In this document: positions 12,421-26,714 of the stretch, one piece after another | Numbering within the stretch: position 1 is the stretch's first letter | Layout of the letters: every line of letters starts with the position of its first letter | From: Camelus ferus | Lineage: Eukaryota | DNA: 64,000 nt | NCBI RefSeq assembly: GCF_009834535.1 | Contig: NC_045696.1 | Coordinates: 71,364,001-71,428,000, forward strand | Reading direction: 5' to 3' | Notes under the pieces: generated by a model | Told to the model about the DNA's origin: nothing | What the model saw: only the letters and a program-made list of their open reading frames with translations | Databases searched by the model: none | Translations under genes and position numbers: made by a program

Positions 12421-15400
12421 TAGAATTCTCTTTAAATGTAAGCATAACATGTATATCACCGTGATAATTTTATTTTTATTTTTTGTTAATTTTTATGGAA
12501 GACAGATCTGGCTCTTCAAGGTATCGCTTGTACAATATTGTATGGATTTAGTTATTTGAGAAATTTGGGGAAATGCATTTGTATAGTTCTTTAACAGTTG
12601 TGCAGATGGGGAAAAATATCTTCCCAGAGAAATAGCAGAATAATGCTTTTTCTCAAATATGTTTAGACTTAATGGTGTTCTTAATTTTCCGTATCTATTT
12701 AAGTGGAGAAAAGGTGCTTATCTTTCTTTATTCAGACTATTTCCTATGTCTGGAAGGTTTAATTTTCTGACCCCTTGGTGGAACCTAATCCAGTCTTCAA
12801 GCGTATGGCTTAGACATTGCTTCCTGCAGGAAGTGCTTTCTTTTTTCTGAACTCATTCTACTGTTTAATCATTATAACACAACTTGCCTTATGTATTTGT
12901 ACATAAAGCATCTTTGAGGACAGTGATGAGATTTTTCATTTTGTTATAGCTCCTGGGACATATCTGGCACATATAAAAGTATTCAGTTAAAATCTAGTGG
13001 GTAAATGAATGTTAATGGGATGTTGAATCAAAAGATGATATTTTTTTCGAAGTATATTGTCATACTGTAGAATTGATTAGTCAGTGAGGTCTTGATAATT
13101 AGGATAATTTCATTTTTGGGGGTCTTTTTTAAAATAAAAACGTAATTTCAAAGATAGCTCTGTAACAACACATACATTTTCATTGGAATTAATGGGTTTG
13201 TTTGTTTGTTTCTTTGCTTGTTTTGAAAATTAACAGCATTTCCTTAGGGTAGCAAAGTTTTGATTTCCTTTGGTATTTTCAAAGTATCTCACAATTAGTT
13301 GATACCTAGTGTTCTTTGAAGATGGGAAAGGTTTTGTCATTTAACATTTGAGGAAACCTGGGATCAGAATTTAAAACCTTTTCATGCCAGTAAGTAGTTT
13401 ATTCAGAGAAGTTGGTAATTTGGAGATAAATAAAAATCAGAATTCTTTTTCTTAAATGACGTTGTGATCTAATTAGCAGCTTGAGTGTAGAATACTTTGA
13501 ACCACGTAAGTGTGAGTGGTCACGCTAAAGATCCTAAATACTTATTGTCAGGTTATCTAAGTGACCTATAGAGGCTGAGGAGATGCTCTTTGATCTGTTC
13601 AGTGTCATCTCAGATTCCTCTTTTAGAAAATAATTATTCTGGTAGCAGTGACTCTAGCTTCACAATACTTGTTAATGATGCTTGGATTTCTGTGGCTAAT
13701 GAACCTTGTGCTTTAGTTATGTCTTGTCTCTTTTCAGAGATGCCAGTTTGTTCAGTGGACCTGGTTGAGCTCTCCCTATTGCTTCCCTTAGGCTGACACT
13801 AAGTGAGGTTGGCTCAGCTCCTGACTTTGAGGATAGATTTATAGGGTCACAGATTCATTCTGTACCACTTCCCTTTCCTTGGGTTGTAGATGTTCTATGA
13901 GTATTTTCTTTCAAAATACAAACACACACATACACAAAACACAAACCCCCCACACCTTGTTAATTCCTTAGGAGGCCACTGACCTAGAAAGTTTCAAAGC
14001 TCACCGGTGTGCCTCTTTGCTCACTGGTATTCACACCTAGACAGTGGCAGCATGAAAGCTTTAGTAGGTTAAAGATTTCTCAGTTTTACACCAAACATTT
14101 CATAAAAGGATTCCTTGCTATCTGAATCTAATGTGTTCTTGAATTTGGATGGCAAGATTTTGGTTATAGCAAGTCCAGACAGCAAAATGTTTTATCCAAA
14201 TGTATTTGGTTCCTGAACTTGAGGTAGTAAGGGATGTTTCAAATTTATCCATATTTCTTTGGTGCCTAGGTTTGGGTAAGAACAGTTCAGATCATAAGGG
14301 GTACCTATAATTTATTTTATTAAGGTAGTATCCAGTGGTGAGGTGAAAAACTTCCCTTACTTGGAGCTGATAACAGTTTTGAAGTCCCTAGTTCTTGATT
14401 CTTCTGTTTCAAACTGTCCCTGGGAATCACGTTTTCAAGCTCTGCCAGAGAACTGGTCTTAATTCCTTAATCTTTTTTTTTTTTCCTTGGTTTAGGGTTT
14501 TTTGATTTGTTTTTTGGTCTTAATCTTCATTGTTACACAGAAATATCTCCCCAAACTTCACATTGCTATGAAAAAGTTTTTATAAGTTCAGTTGGTATTT
14601 GTGGGATGAAGGGGGAACATCAGGTAGCCTTCATCAAAGGAAGACTTGACCCTGTTGCTTGTACGTTTTAGCTAGTCTCCTGTTCTATTGCCTTGGTCTG
14701 CAGGGCTTTTAACCCCCCAGAAGAGTGTTTCCTCTACCTTTGTAGCTTTTAGAGATACTTGTGAGGCACACGTCATGTTTTCCTGTTAGGTCAGCAGAAT
14801 GCTGACTTTACTATATTGGGATTCAGGTAAAACTGAGGGGGGAGAACCTGCCAAATTATTGTATCTGATGAGGAGAGGGACAGGGAGGATGAAGATGGGA
14901 AGAAGATCAAGAAGACGGTGTCCCAGTTACTCTCCTAGTTTGTATCTATTGTCAGCTCCAAAGCTCAGGCACTGCTATACCCCAGGCCCTTGACCCTTTT
15001 GCCCCAACGTCTAAAGTCTGTTCTTTTTTCTTTGCATTTCTATCTCTACGAGGATTAGGTTTTTTGTTTGTTTGTTTGTTTGTTTAATTCTTTAGTTTTA
15101 GTTATTTCTGGGGAAAGGATAACAAAACTAATGCTTGAGTGCCAACTAGGCTTCGAGTACTATGCTGGATACTTTACAAACATACATATTGTTGTTAATC
15201 CTTTTATTAATCTTAAGAGCACTGTTAGTGGTATCCTCATTGTTCACATGGGGTAACTGAGGCTTAGAGGGGTTAAATAACTTGTCTGAGATCACACAGC
15301 TAAAAAGGAAGTATATGGGAAACAAACTCCTTAGTTCAAATAATATGCTTTTTAAAATACCCTTTCACTTTCTGCTACAGCAAACCACCACTAATTTACC

Positions 15401-16596
15401 TTTCTGGTAAACCACACTACCTTCCTTTATCCCAGGTATCTGGGTGCTGATTCACAGCCCAGATTGCAGCAAATTTCCCAAGGTAGGAGGCTGGCACTCA
15501 GGGAAGAAGTGGAGATCTTTTTGGCTACTTGGGTTATTAGTCTTTGTCATTGTAAAATGAAAAAATGTGCATGGTAACAGATTAAAATAGTGTTAAAGAA
15601 TATATACAGTGAAAAATCTCTCTCAACTGTAGACTTTTATCCTCATACCCATAACCATTGCCTTTTTAGTTGCCGGTGTATTCTTCCAAAGCATCTATTT
15701 ATATATGGGCATTTACATCTATATCTATTTATCTATGGTTTAAACACAAATGGTGGCATGTTATACACATTCCTCTACACCTTTTTTTTTATTTGATATT
15801 TTGAAGGATATTTCCTGTCAGTATAAGTAAGTCTGTTGTATGCTTCTTAAGAATACTTTATTGACGTGTGATATGTGTATGTCAGATGTACAACTAATTT
15901 TCACAAACTGAGCACATCCATATAACTAGCATTCAGATCAAGAAATGGAAATTACTAGCACCCCAGGCTCATTCTTTTTAATGGCATTGTAGAAGTCCAT
16001 GCAAATGAATACTACAAGTAACAAGTCTTCTATTAATGGATATTTAGGTTGTCTTGAGTCTTGCTTCCGTAGGAGGATGGAAGATGGATAGTCTTTCTGG
16101 CTTTCCTGCTCATTCCAGGAAGCTGTGACACCAGTCCTTAACTTGTTTTTTGGATAATTCCCAGGAAGAGAAATTATAGCCACTGTGTGAGGCCAACAAA
16201 ATGATCCATGTGCGTGTAGTCCTGGTTCCCAGGGAACCTGAGGTAGGGACCGCTTGAGCTCAGTTCTTTGGCTGCTGTGGATGTATGTGCTTGTCAGTGT
16301 CTGGACTGGCCAGATCTAGCTTCCTTCAGATAGAGGAGCTGTGGAGGGGTGAACTGACCCACCGCAGAAACATAGGCGATGCTGTACTTAGCTACTGGAC
16401 TTCAATTGGGATAGTCTTTTTAGGAAAAGAGAAAAATAGTTTGTACCCCCCTTCTTGGCTAAGGAGGAAAATAGATTGAGGTCCCTGAACCCCAAGCAGT
16501 GTCCCCAGATCAGTGTATCTTTTTTGTTTGTTTGTTTCCTTAAAAACAAAAAAAAAAGTATAATTCATATATCCTAAAATTCATCATTTGAAAGTA

Positions 16597-16799
16597 CAGT
16601 TGACCGTTAAACAACACAGCAGTTAGGGATGCTGACCTTCCACACACAGTTGAAATCTGCCTATAACTTTACGATTAGCACTCTGTACCCACAGTTCTGC
16701 ATTTGTGAATTCAACCAACTTGTGCTCGTGTAGTACCATAGTATTTACTACAAAAAAATTCTGTGTATAAGTGGATCCATGCTGTTCAAGGGTCAACTG
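16597..16799. mobile_element. Tigger2-derived MITE (MER8-like) nested in L1
   Basis: TA|CAGTTGACCGTTAAACA ... TGTTCAAGGGTCAACTG|TA with TA TSD. Confidence 0.8.
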
Positions 16800-19700
16800 T
16801 ATACAATTCAGTGGCTTTTTATTATATTCACAAGGTTGTGCACCTGTCATCATCGCCTAATCCCAGAACGTTTTCATTATCCCAAAAGAAACCCTGTAGC
16901 CATTCCCATTCCCCTACCCTCTCAGGCCTAGAGAACCACTTATCTGTTTTCTTTCTTTATGTATTTGCCTGTTGTGGACATTTCACAAAAATGGAATCAC
17001 ATAGTATGAGGCCTTTTGTGGCTGCTTCTTTCTCTTAGTGTATTGTTTTAAAGGATCACCTATCATGGAATGTGTCAATATGGATTTCTTTTTACAGCTA
17101 AGTAATATTTCATTATATAGTTATATAAGATTTTGTTTATTCATTCATCTGTTGATGGATTTTTTCCCCCACTTTTTGGCTTAATATTATGATAATGCCA
17201 CTCTGGACTTTTATGCACATGTTTCTGTGTGGACATACGTTTTCATTTCTCTTGCTAATGTATCTAGGAGTATTAATTGTTGGGGCATATGGTAGTCTGT
17301 TTACCTTTTTTGAAGATTGTGGTAAGAAACATAAAATGTACCATCTTAATCATTTTTAAGTGTCCAGTTCAGTAAAGTGTATTCACATTGTTATGAAACA
17401 TCTCCAGAACTCTTTTTGTCTTTTAAAACTGAAGCTCTATACCCATCATATGATTTCCCCTTTTCTCCTCCTGGCACCTCTGTTGACTATCATGCCACTT
17501 TTTGTTTCTATAAATCTGACTATTTTAGATACCTCATAAGTGGAATCATACAGTACTTGTCTTTTTTGACTGGCTTGTTTGACTTACCATAATGTCTTCA
17601 AGATTCATCCATGTTGTAACATGTGACAGGATTTTCTTCCTTTTTTAAGGCTGAATAATTTATTCTGTTATGTGTATATACTACATTTTGTTTATTCATC
17701 AATGGACATTCAGGTCGTTTCCACCTCTTGGCATTATGAATAGTTCTGCTAGGAATATGGGCATGCAAATAATCTCTTTGTGACTCTGCTTTCAGTTCTT
17801 TTGGATATATCCCCAGAAGTGGGATTGCTGAACTATATGGTAGTTTTATTTTTAATTTTTTTGAGGACGCTCCATACTGTTTTCCGTAGCGTTTACACTA
17901 TTTTACAATCCTACTGACAGTGTACAAGGACTCTGATTTCTCTGCATTCTTGCCAACACTTGGTATTTACTGCTTAAGGGTTTTTTAAAATGGGTGTTAT
18001 CCAAATGAGTATGAGGTGACATATTATGTGATTTTGATTTGCATTTCTCTGTGAAGTTATGTTGTGCATTTTTTCATATGTTGGTTGGCCATTTGATTAT
18101 CATTTTTGGATAAATGTCTATTCAAGTTCTTTGCTCATTTTAATCAGGTTATTTGACTTTGTTGCTCATTTAATAAGGTTATTTGACTTTAAATATTTTG
18201 GATATTAACCTTTTTATCAGATACATGCTTTGAAAATATTTTCTCCTATTTTGTAGGTTGCCATTCACTCTGTTGATTGTGTCCTTTGCACAAAAGGTTT
18301 TAGGTTTGATGTCCCATTTGTCTTTGCCTTTTTGTCTGTGTTTTTGGTGTCACATCCAAGAAATCATTGCCAAGTCCAATTTTATGAGTGTTTCCCCTTG
18401 TTTTCTTCTAGGAGTGTTCTAGTTCTTGGTCTTAACCTTTAGGCCTCTAATCCATTTTTAGTTAATTTTTGTATATGGTGTCAGGTGAGAGTCCAAGTTC
18501 TTTCTTTTGAGTGTGGCTATCCAGTTTTCCCTATTTTTTTCTTTCTGAAGAATTGCCAAATTGTTTTCTAAAGTGGCTGTACCATTTTACATTACTTAGG
18601 TAATGTATGAGGATGCTGTTTGTTTATTGCCTGTCTTTTTTTCTAATGAATCAGCAACTACAATTATCTTTTTGTATCTTTTTTATTGTGGTAAACTATA
18701 CATAACATAAAATCTATCATTTTAGCCATTAAGTGTATGATTCAGTGACATTAAATATATTTACAGTGTTCAGCTGTCATCATTATCTATTTCCAGAACT
18801 TTTTCATCATCCCAGACAGCAACTCTGTAGCCATTAAATAATAACTTCCCATTTCCCCCACCTCTTACTTAGCCTTTGGTAACCACCATTCTACTTTCTG
18901 TTTCTATAAATTTGCCTTTACTTCATGTAATTGGAATTATAAAATCTGGTTTTGTGTCTGGCTTCTGTTGTTTGGCATACTGTTTTCCAGGTTTAGCATG
19001 TATCAGAATATCATTTTTTTAAGGGTAAATAATATTGTGTGTATACATCACATTTTGTTCATTCATCTGTTGATGAGCATTTGGTTCGTTTCCACCTTTT
19101 GGCTATTGTGAATAATGCTGCTAAGAACATTCTTGTACAAGTCTGTTTGGAGTTCCTACTTTCAATTATTTGGAGTATATATATTTACAGTATATATGTA
19201 GAAATGGAATTGCTGAATCATATGCTAATTCTATGTTTAACTTTTTGAGAACTGCTGAGCTATTTTTCACAGTAGCGGCACCACTTTACATTCCCACTAG
19301 CAATGTACAGGAGTTCCAATTTATATCCTTGCCAATACTTGTTATTTTTCTTTTTGTTTTTTTTTTTTGAATAATAGCCATTTTAATGTGTGGCAAGTGG
19401 TATCTCACAGTTTTGACTGCGTTTCCTAATGACCGGTGATTCTAAGCATCTTTTCATGTGCGAGTGTCCATTTATTCTTTGGAGAAATGTCTTTTAAAAT
19501 AGTTTGCCCATTTTTAAAATTGTCTTTTGGTAAGTTGTAAGAATTCTTTATTCTGAATATAGGCCCTTATTAGATACATGATTTGCAAATATTTTTTCCT
19601 ATTTTATGAGTTGTCATCACTTTAAAGTGTTCTTTGAAGCGTGAACTTTTTAATGAAGTCCATTTTATCTACTTTTTATTTTATTGTGCTTTAGGTGCCA

Positions 19701-20408
19701 TGATCACAAAAATTCACACCTGTGTTTTGGAGTTTTATAGTTTCAGCTTTTATATTTAGATCTTTGATTCATTTTGAATTAATGTTTATATACAGTTTAG
19801 GAAAGCATCCATATTCTTTTGTTTGTTTTTGTTTCGTCTAGTTGTTACAGCACCATTTGTTAAGACTTCTTTTCCCCATTGAATTGTCTTGGGACCACAA
19901 TAAAAAATCAATTGACCAAGATGTTAAAACAAACAAACAAAACCCGATTAACCACGGATGTATGGATGTACTTCTTGACTCTCAATTCTATTCCATTGAT
20001 TTGTATGTGTATCCTTATGACATACTGTCTTGATTACTGTAGCTTTGTGTTGTAAATTTTCAAACTGGGAATTGTGAGTCTTCCAACTTTGTAAATAGGG
20101 AGGATTACATTGATTATCATATGTTGAACCAATCTTGCATTCCTGAATGAATTCCACTTGGTCATGGTTTCTGATTCTTTTTTTATATGCTGCTGGATTT
20201 TATTTGCTATATTTTGTTGAGGATTTTCCATCTATGTTCATAATAGATATTGGTAATTTTCTTGTAATGTCCTTTGTCTGGTTTTGATATCAAGGTAATA
20301 CTGGCTGCATAGAATGAGTTGAGAAATGTTCCTTTCTCCTCTGTTTTTTGGAAGAGTTTGAAAAGAATTGGTGTTAATTCTCTTTTATATTTGCTAGAAT
20401 TCATCAGT

Positions 20409-20857
20409 TGTAGTAAGTTGAGCAGTGTTTCCCAGAATTCGTGTCCACCCAGAAACTGTTATTTGACATAGGGTCTTTGCATATGTACCCAGAAGTTGAG
20501 TATTATCTTAATTGAAATAGTGAGATCATACTTGATTAAGCTGGGCCCTAAATTCAATGATTTGTGTCCTTATAACAAGAGAAGAGGACAGAAAGACACA
20601 TGCAGAAAAAGAAGGCCATTTGAAGAGATGGAGGCAGAGACAGAGTGATGTCACTACAAGCTAAGCAGTGCCAAGGGCCACCAGAAGCTGAGAAGAAAGA
20701 AGGAAGGAATCTTCCCTAGATTCTTCATAAGGAAGCATGGCCTAGCCAACAACCTGATTTCAAATTTCTAGCCTCCAGAACTGTAAGAGAATACATTTCT
20801 GTTTTAAGCCCCCACGTTTGTGGTAATTTATTACAGCAGCTCTCAGGAAGTAATGTA
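20409..20857 (+). mobile_element. MaLR LTR (MLT1B/C-like) nested in L1
   Basis: TG start; CTAGCCTCCAGAACTGTAAGAGAATACATTTCTGTTTTAAGCC; perfect 5-bp TSD TCAGT at 20404-20408 and 20858-20862. Confidence 0.85.
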
Positions 20858-21400
20858 TCAGTAAAGCCATCTGGTCTTGGGTTTTTCTTTACGGGAGTTT
20901 TTTGGATAATTAATTCAATACCTTTACTTCTTATAGGCCTATTTAGATCTTCTGTTTCTTCTTGAGTCGGTTTCAATAATGTGTATCTTTCTAGGAATTT
21001 ATCGGTTTCATCTAAGTTATTCTCATTTGTTGGTATATATTTGTTCATAGTATTCTCTTATCCTTTTTTTTTTTCTGTAAGGTCAGTAGTAACATTCCAC
21101 TTTCTTTCCTGATTTGAGTGATTTTGAGTCTTTTTTTCTTTGTCAGTCTAGCTGTAAGTTTGTCAGTTGATCATTTCAAAGAACCAACTTTTGGTTTCAT
21201 TGATTTTTCTTTGTCTATTCTCTATGTCATTTATCCAAACTCTTTCTTATTTCCTTCCTTCTGCTTGCTTTGGACCTGCTTTGCTTCCTTTTTTTTCCTC
21301 CCTAGTTTTTTAAAGTGGAAGTTTAGGTTATTGATTTGAGATCTTTTTTAGTGTAGGCACTCACAGCATTGCTTTTGCTATACCCTGTAAGTTTTACTAT

Positions 21401-21749
21401 TGTCTTAGCTTGGGCTGCCATAACAAAATACCATAGACTGGGTGGCTTAAACAACATAAATTAATTTTCTCACAATTCTAGGTGCTAAAAGTGCAAGAGC
21501 AAGGTGCCAGCGTGGTTGGTTTCTGGTGAGAGCTCTCGGCTAAGACTGCCATCTTCTTGCTGTGTCTTCATATGGCAAGGAAAGCAAGAGCAAGCTCTCT
21601 GGTATCTCGCTTACAAGGACATTAATCCCATCATGAGAGCCTTACCTCATGACCTATTCTAAATCTAATTACCTCCAAAGGGCCCATCCTCAGATAACAT
21701 CCCATTAAGGGTTAGGGCTTCAGCATATAAATCAGTTCAGTCCATAGTA
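21401..21749 (-). mobile_element. MaLR LTR (MLT1A-like) nested in L1
   Basis: TGTCTTAGCTTGGGCTGCCATAACAAAATACCATAGACTGGGTGGCTTAAACAAC ... TTCAGTCCATAG. Confidence 0.85.
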
Positions 21750-22559
21750 GGTATGCTGTTTTCTTTGTTTTCATTTGTTTCAAAATACTTTCTAATTTTC
21801 CTTGTGATTTCTTCTTTGACCCATTGGTTATTTAGAAGTATGTTAATTTCCACATACTTATGAATTTTTCAAATATATTATTGATTTATAATTTTATTCC
21901 ATTGTGGTCTGAGAACATACTTTGTATAATTTCAGTGTTTTGACAATTTATTGAGACTTGGTTTGTGGCTGAACATATGGTCTGTCCAGGATAATGTTCC
22001 ATGTGCACTTGAGAAGAATGTGTATTCTCTTTTTGTGTGTTCTATAGGTACCTGTTAGGTCTAGTTGGTTTACAGTGTTTTAAGTCTTCTGTTTCTTGTC
22101 TTATCATCTAATTATTCTATCCATTATCCCAAATGAAGTATTGAAGTCTCCAACTATTATTAAATCATTTATTTCTCATTTAAGTTCTGTAATTTTTGCT
22201 TCATATATTTTGGGGGATTTTGTTAAAAGCATGTGTTTGTAATTGTTATGTCTTCTTGGTGGATATCAAGATTTTTTTGGACCCATAATTTTATCATTAT
22301 ATAATGCCATTCTTTATCTCTGGTAACAGATACTGTCTTAAAGTCTATTTTGTCTTATTCTTGTGGCTTTCTAGGTCCCAGGAATATGTTGAAGGTATTG
22401 TTAGCCCCTGTGGACATCTCGTTCCTCAGCTTCTCCTTTTAAGGTTTTTGTTTAGTCTCTTGTTTGCCTCAAATACTATCCATCACCTCAGGTAGCTGCA
22501 AACTTAAACACTTGTCTGTAATTATTTCTGACAGAAGTCCTACTTCTGAGGGAGGGAAC

Positions 22560-22900
22560 CACTTTCTTTGAGCATCTGTATGTTAGGTGCATCTACTATC
22601 TTACTCAAGCCTCACTACAATCTTTATGATGTATAGGAAGTATTTTCACTTTACAGAAGAGGAAACTGAAGTGAAGGGGATGAAATGCTATAGGCCACAA
22701 AGCTGCTAAGTGGCATACCTAGGATTCAGACCTGAGAAAGCCATTCCCTTTCTACCATGATTTTCAGTTACCGAGTTGTCACTGTGTGACCACATTTACT
22801 CATGCTTTCTCATTTAATCACTCAACTCTTCAAGGTAGACTGTGTTGCCCCCATTTTACAGAAGAGGAAACTGAGGTAAGGCCTCTTGCCCAAGTTACAG
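22560..22900. mobile_element. Two adjacent MIR fragments
   Basis: Two copies of TTTACAGAAGAGGAAACTGA(A/G)G. Confidence 0.6.
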
Positions 22901-25387
22901 TGTCATAGGACAGATTCTGTCCTGCTGGGGTCTTTCACCTATACCTTTAGACGATGTACAGTGCTTCATCAGCAAGCCTAGGGTTGTCACACCTCCTCTC
23001 CTGCTCAGTTGCTTTTGGGGATCAACATATTCTCGTTCCCAGATAAGGGGCCCTTTGTCTGGTGTCTGAAGTTCTGGAGTGACCAAAGTCAAAAGAAATA
23101 CTCTTGGCTACCCATGTCTGTCTAGTAGAAAGAGCACTAGATAAGGAATTATGACTTGGCCACTGAATCTGGCTTTCTGAAAACTTATACCTCTTAGAAT
23201 CTCAGTTTTCTCATCTATAAGTGGCTTTCAGAATGGGATATGCAAGGAAGAAAATATCTGCATTTTACTTTTCTCATTTTTTTTGTTAGTGTGTTTTATA
23301 ATGAATTCCAGTGGTTCATGTACATAATTTGGGTATGCATGTTCAGTTGTTTACTAATGGGATACCTAATCATAGACCACTGATCGGTGAAGTGAAGGGT
23401 TTGGCTGCAGCATGTTTATAATTTACCAGAAAGGCTTCTTGCATTTAGGTTGAAAACTTGGCAGTGTTAACTCTCTGGCTACTGTTAGTTAACCTGGATA
23501 TCTTTGGTTATCTTCCCCCTTTTCAAGTCTTTTCCCTAGTTGTAATCTCCTCAGCCAGAGAGGCTCTCTTCTTTTTCTACAGTGCTGTGGTGCGTGCAGT
23601 TTCCAGAAGTATGTGCTGTATGTCACTGGTTTCAGAAAGTAGCCTGTGGAACTGGCAGAGTAGGCAGAGAAGTTGTTGCCATTTTTCAGCAGGCAGGATC
23701 AGGGACCCCATCTTGCTCTCCTTGCAGTGAACCACAGTTGGAGCAAACTGCAAAGCCCTGACTGATCTTTATGACCATGGAAGTCTGGGGACAAACTGTT
23801 CTCAAGTCTTCTTTACCCTGAGATACCAAACATGTACAGTGATCTAGACCTAAGTGTTCTCTGGGCTAGTAAAGATGTTGAACTCTCCCAAAAGAAACTA
23901 AAGAACCCCAGGTAACAGTAATCACTGCTCACTTCCTTTCGGATAAACCCCTGAGGACTGTTCCTCCAGTGGAAGAGGCCCTGCCCTTCCTCTGCCCACC
24001 TGCCCTGCCCAGGGTCCCAGGTTCCTCATTGGGAGGTACACACGGTACTCTTACTTGCCTTGCTTATGACTCCTTGCCCCCATTTTTTTCATAAATACTG
24101 TCCCTCACACAATCTTGGAAAGAGTTGTAGTTATTTTACTAGAGATGGTATAATAGCTGTCACAGTCACGGTCCTCACTAGTAGGGCATCTGATAAAATT
24201 GATAGGATCAATTCAGTTAGATGTAGTAAAACACCATTTAATGTGCTATTAAGAAAGGAAAAATACTACCAATTCCTGTGACACACCACCAATTGTAAGA
24301 TGCAAATGATTTCAGATAATGGGGAAAAATATCTCAAGAATCTATGAAAAATAGTAGCTTCCCTTCCTAACTCACAAGTGGGAGAGCAGAAACTGGAGAG
24401 ACTGGGAATCCACCAGATAACTGAGTGCCTCACAGAGTGAGCAAATATGGAAGCCAAAGGTAACTCGCAGAAGTAGCTGCTGGCAGGGACTATTCAGTGA
24501 GTATCTGCTAAAATAAACCCTATTTATATTGCTGGGATCATTCCTTAATATCATTGAAGAAGTTGAAAGGGCTAGTTGCCTATTGACTAAAGAGACTAGA
24601 GGAACGAATAAATGTTTAAATTTCTTTAACTAATTCAAGTAGTTGAGTGCCTACTATGTGTAAGGAGTTGTGGTACATAAATGTAGTTTTTAAGAATAAA
24701 TTAATTTCTTCTCTAAAATGTGACTAAATAGTAAATTCTGCCATTAAATAAACTCAATTTAGTGGTAGTTCTAGCAACATTAGTTCTTGCAGAAAAATGA
24801 AATAGTCACCAGACCTCCCACATGTAGACATATTTTCAAAAGCAGTTGCAAAATTCTTCCAGATTATTCCTGAATTCTTGTCTGATGAGTATTTTTCTCA
24901 GACATGTGGATCTTCATCTTCACAGATGATCCATCAATATTTCCATAAGCTGTCCAGAAGCTTAAGAAGCATACCATTCCCTGCGGAAAAAGAAGCAGTT
25001 ATTTTGCTTTTCTACTCTTGGCCAAAGAAAGAATTCTGTGCATTACTTCTGTCTTTGGCTTGGCTATTTTCAAATAATTATAGATCTGATTATTGTTTAT
25101 TGTGAAGAGTAAACTGTTCTAAAGAAATAAAATATCAATCTGAGTGAAGGAAGTTAGCCCCTTAGAGCACCTGTAGTTTTCCAGAAATTTTGACTTTGCC
25201 AGCCCATGACAGTTTTGATACTCGAACATTGATTTCACTTAATTTTCTTAGCTTACTCCTCTCCCAACCCAAGTATATAATACTCTTAAATAATTGTGGT
25301 AGAAAATCTTCCTCAGGTGGACTTTTGATCAGATTTTTCTTTGCTTTTATTTTTAGCTTCCTTAAATTACAAATATTTATTTTGTAG

Positions 25388-25483
25388 GTATCATAGCTGC
25401 AAATGTTTTTGTATTCTGTTTGTGGAGAGTCCCTTCTCTACAGCGGACAATGATCAGATATTTCACATCCAGCCCAGCCTCAA
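25388..25483 (+). CDS. PARL: PARL exon 5
   Basis: ttgtag|GT ... TCAA|gtaagt; 96 nt; (G)IIAANVFVFCLWRVPSLQRTMIRYFTSSPAS. Confidence 0.97.
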
Positions 25484-26046
25484 GTAAGTCTAACTTGTGT
25501 AATTTTATTTTGAAGTAGAGGTAATATGAAAGAAAGAAACTTTATGTTAATTGGAGTACTATTTAAAAAGATGAGTTACTTGTCAGTAATTATAAGCAAA
25601 ATCTAGAGGATAGGCTGTAAGCTCTTGGAGGACAGGAACCTCATTTCTCTTACTGTTATATCCAGGTTTCTAAAAATCTGCCTTACACATAGTAGATATT
25701 GAGGTATTTTTTAATGACTTAAGATCCGTACTCACTCCAAGTTTACTCTTTGAGGAGACTATTACATACAATTTACTAATTCTTTTTTCTAGCCAACTTT
25801 TTCCATAAGAACAAGTTGCTTTCATTGAATTGAGGATTATTATTGATTGCTTAAAGTAGAACAGAGATTTAAGGGCTTTTCGCCATTTTGAAAAATGCTG
25901 TCTTAAACCATCTTACCTAAGCTTTTAACTGGCTCTGGTTTGTTTCTCATATTTGATTTCATAATAATAATGAAAAAAACTCTAAAGTGGCTAATTTTTA
26001 CTGGCTATGTGTTCTACAGTTATCAGACTTTTTCTTTTTCTCGTAG

Positions 26047-26196
26047 AGGCCCTTTGTTCGCCAATGTTGCTGTCAACATTCAGTCATTTCTCCTTGTTTC
26101 ACATGGCAGCAAATATGTATGTTTTGTGGAGCTTCTCTTCCAGCATAGTGAACATTCTGGGTCAAGAGCAGTTCATGGCAGTGTACTTATCTGCAG
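26047..26196 (+). CDS. PARL: PARL exon 6
   Basis: tcgtag|AG ... GCAG|gtaata; 150 nt; (K)ALCSPMLLSTFSHFSLFHMAANMYVLWSFSSSIVNILGQEQFMAVYLSA, containing the rhomboid HxxxN motif. Confidence 0.97.
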
Positions 26197-26714
26197 GTAA
26201 TAAGCTTTCATCTCAAGTCCTTTCAGAGTATAAGTGCTCTCACCTGTCTGGAGAAGGGAGAGAGGGAATGATTATAGCCATATTCTACATACAGTAAGTT
26301 CTCAGCACATATTTGTTTCTCAAATTGTGTATAGAGAAGGATACCACAAAGTGGTGTAGAATTTAAGCACGTCATTTTTATCTCACTAGACCTTGGTTTT
26401 TCTTTAGCTCAGACCCACCATTTTATAGACTAGTGGTTTCCAGACTTCCCAGCTGCCTCAGTCATTTGGATCTTTGTTAAATAAACTTAAGCTCATTTCC
26501 CCCATATGTTTAGTTTCCAGAAAGCTTTAGATTAGACCTATCCAGTAAGATTGTCAAGAATGAGTTTATTCTCTTTGTTGCAAGCCTGTATGTTAGCATG
26601 GAACCACTCTAGTCATGTTTCCGGAGATAGCATCATTTCCTTATTTCAACTAGGAAGTGATAGTGCAGGATTCCAGGTTCCTGCTTAATCGGCAATTGGT
26701 TGATTAAATTTTAC

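Larger units (their letters stand above)
16545..22500 (-). mobile_element. Nested antisense L1 cluster (several L1M-type 3' ends and ORF2 relics)
   Basis: Repeated L1 3'UTR motifs; minus-strand ORF2-like peptides ELTPILFKLFQKTEEKGTFLNSFYAASITLISKPDK, KILNKI, NLDETDKFLERYTL. Confidence 0.85.

Noticed and set aside
15436..15482. Possible 47-nt cryptic exon (cccag|GTATC...AAG|gtagga) in PARL intron 4
   Set aside because: Only generic splice-like motifs, frameshifting, no other support; such matches are expected by chance in a 13-kb intron
19948..21048. Reverse-transcriptase-like ORFs as an active element
   Set aside because: Short, frameshifted L1 ORF2 relics interrupted by an LTR
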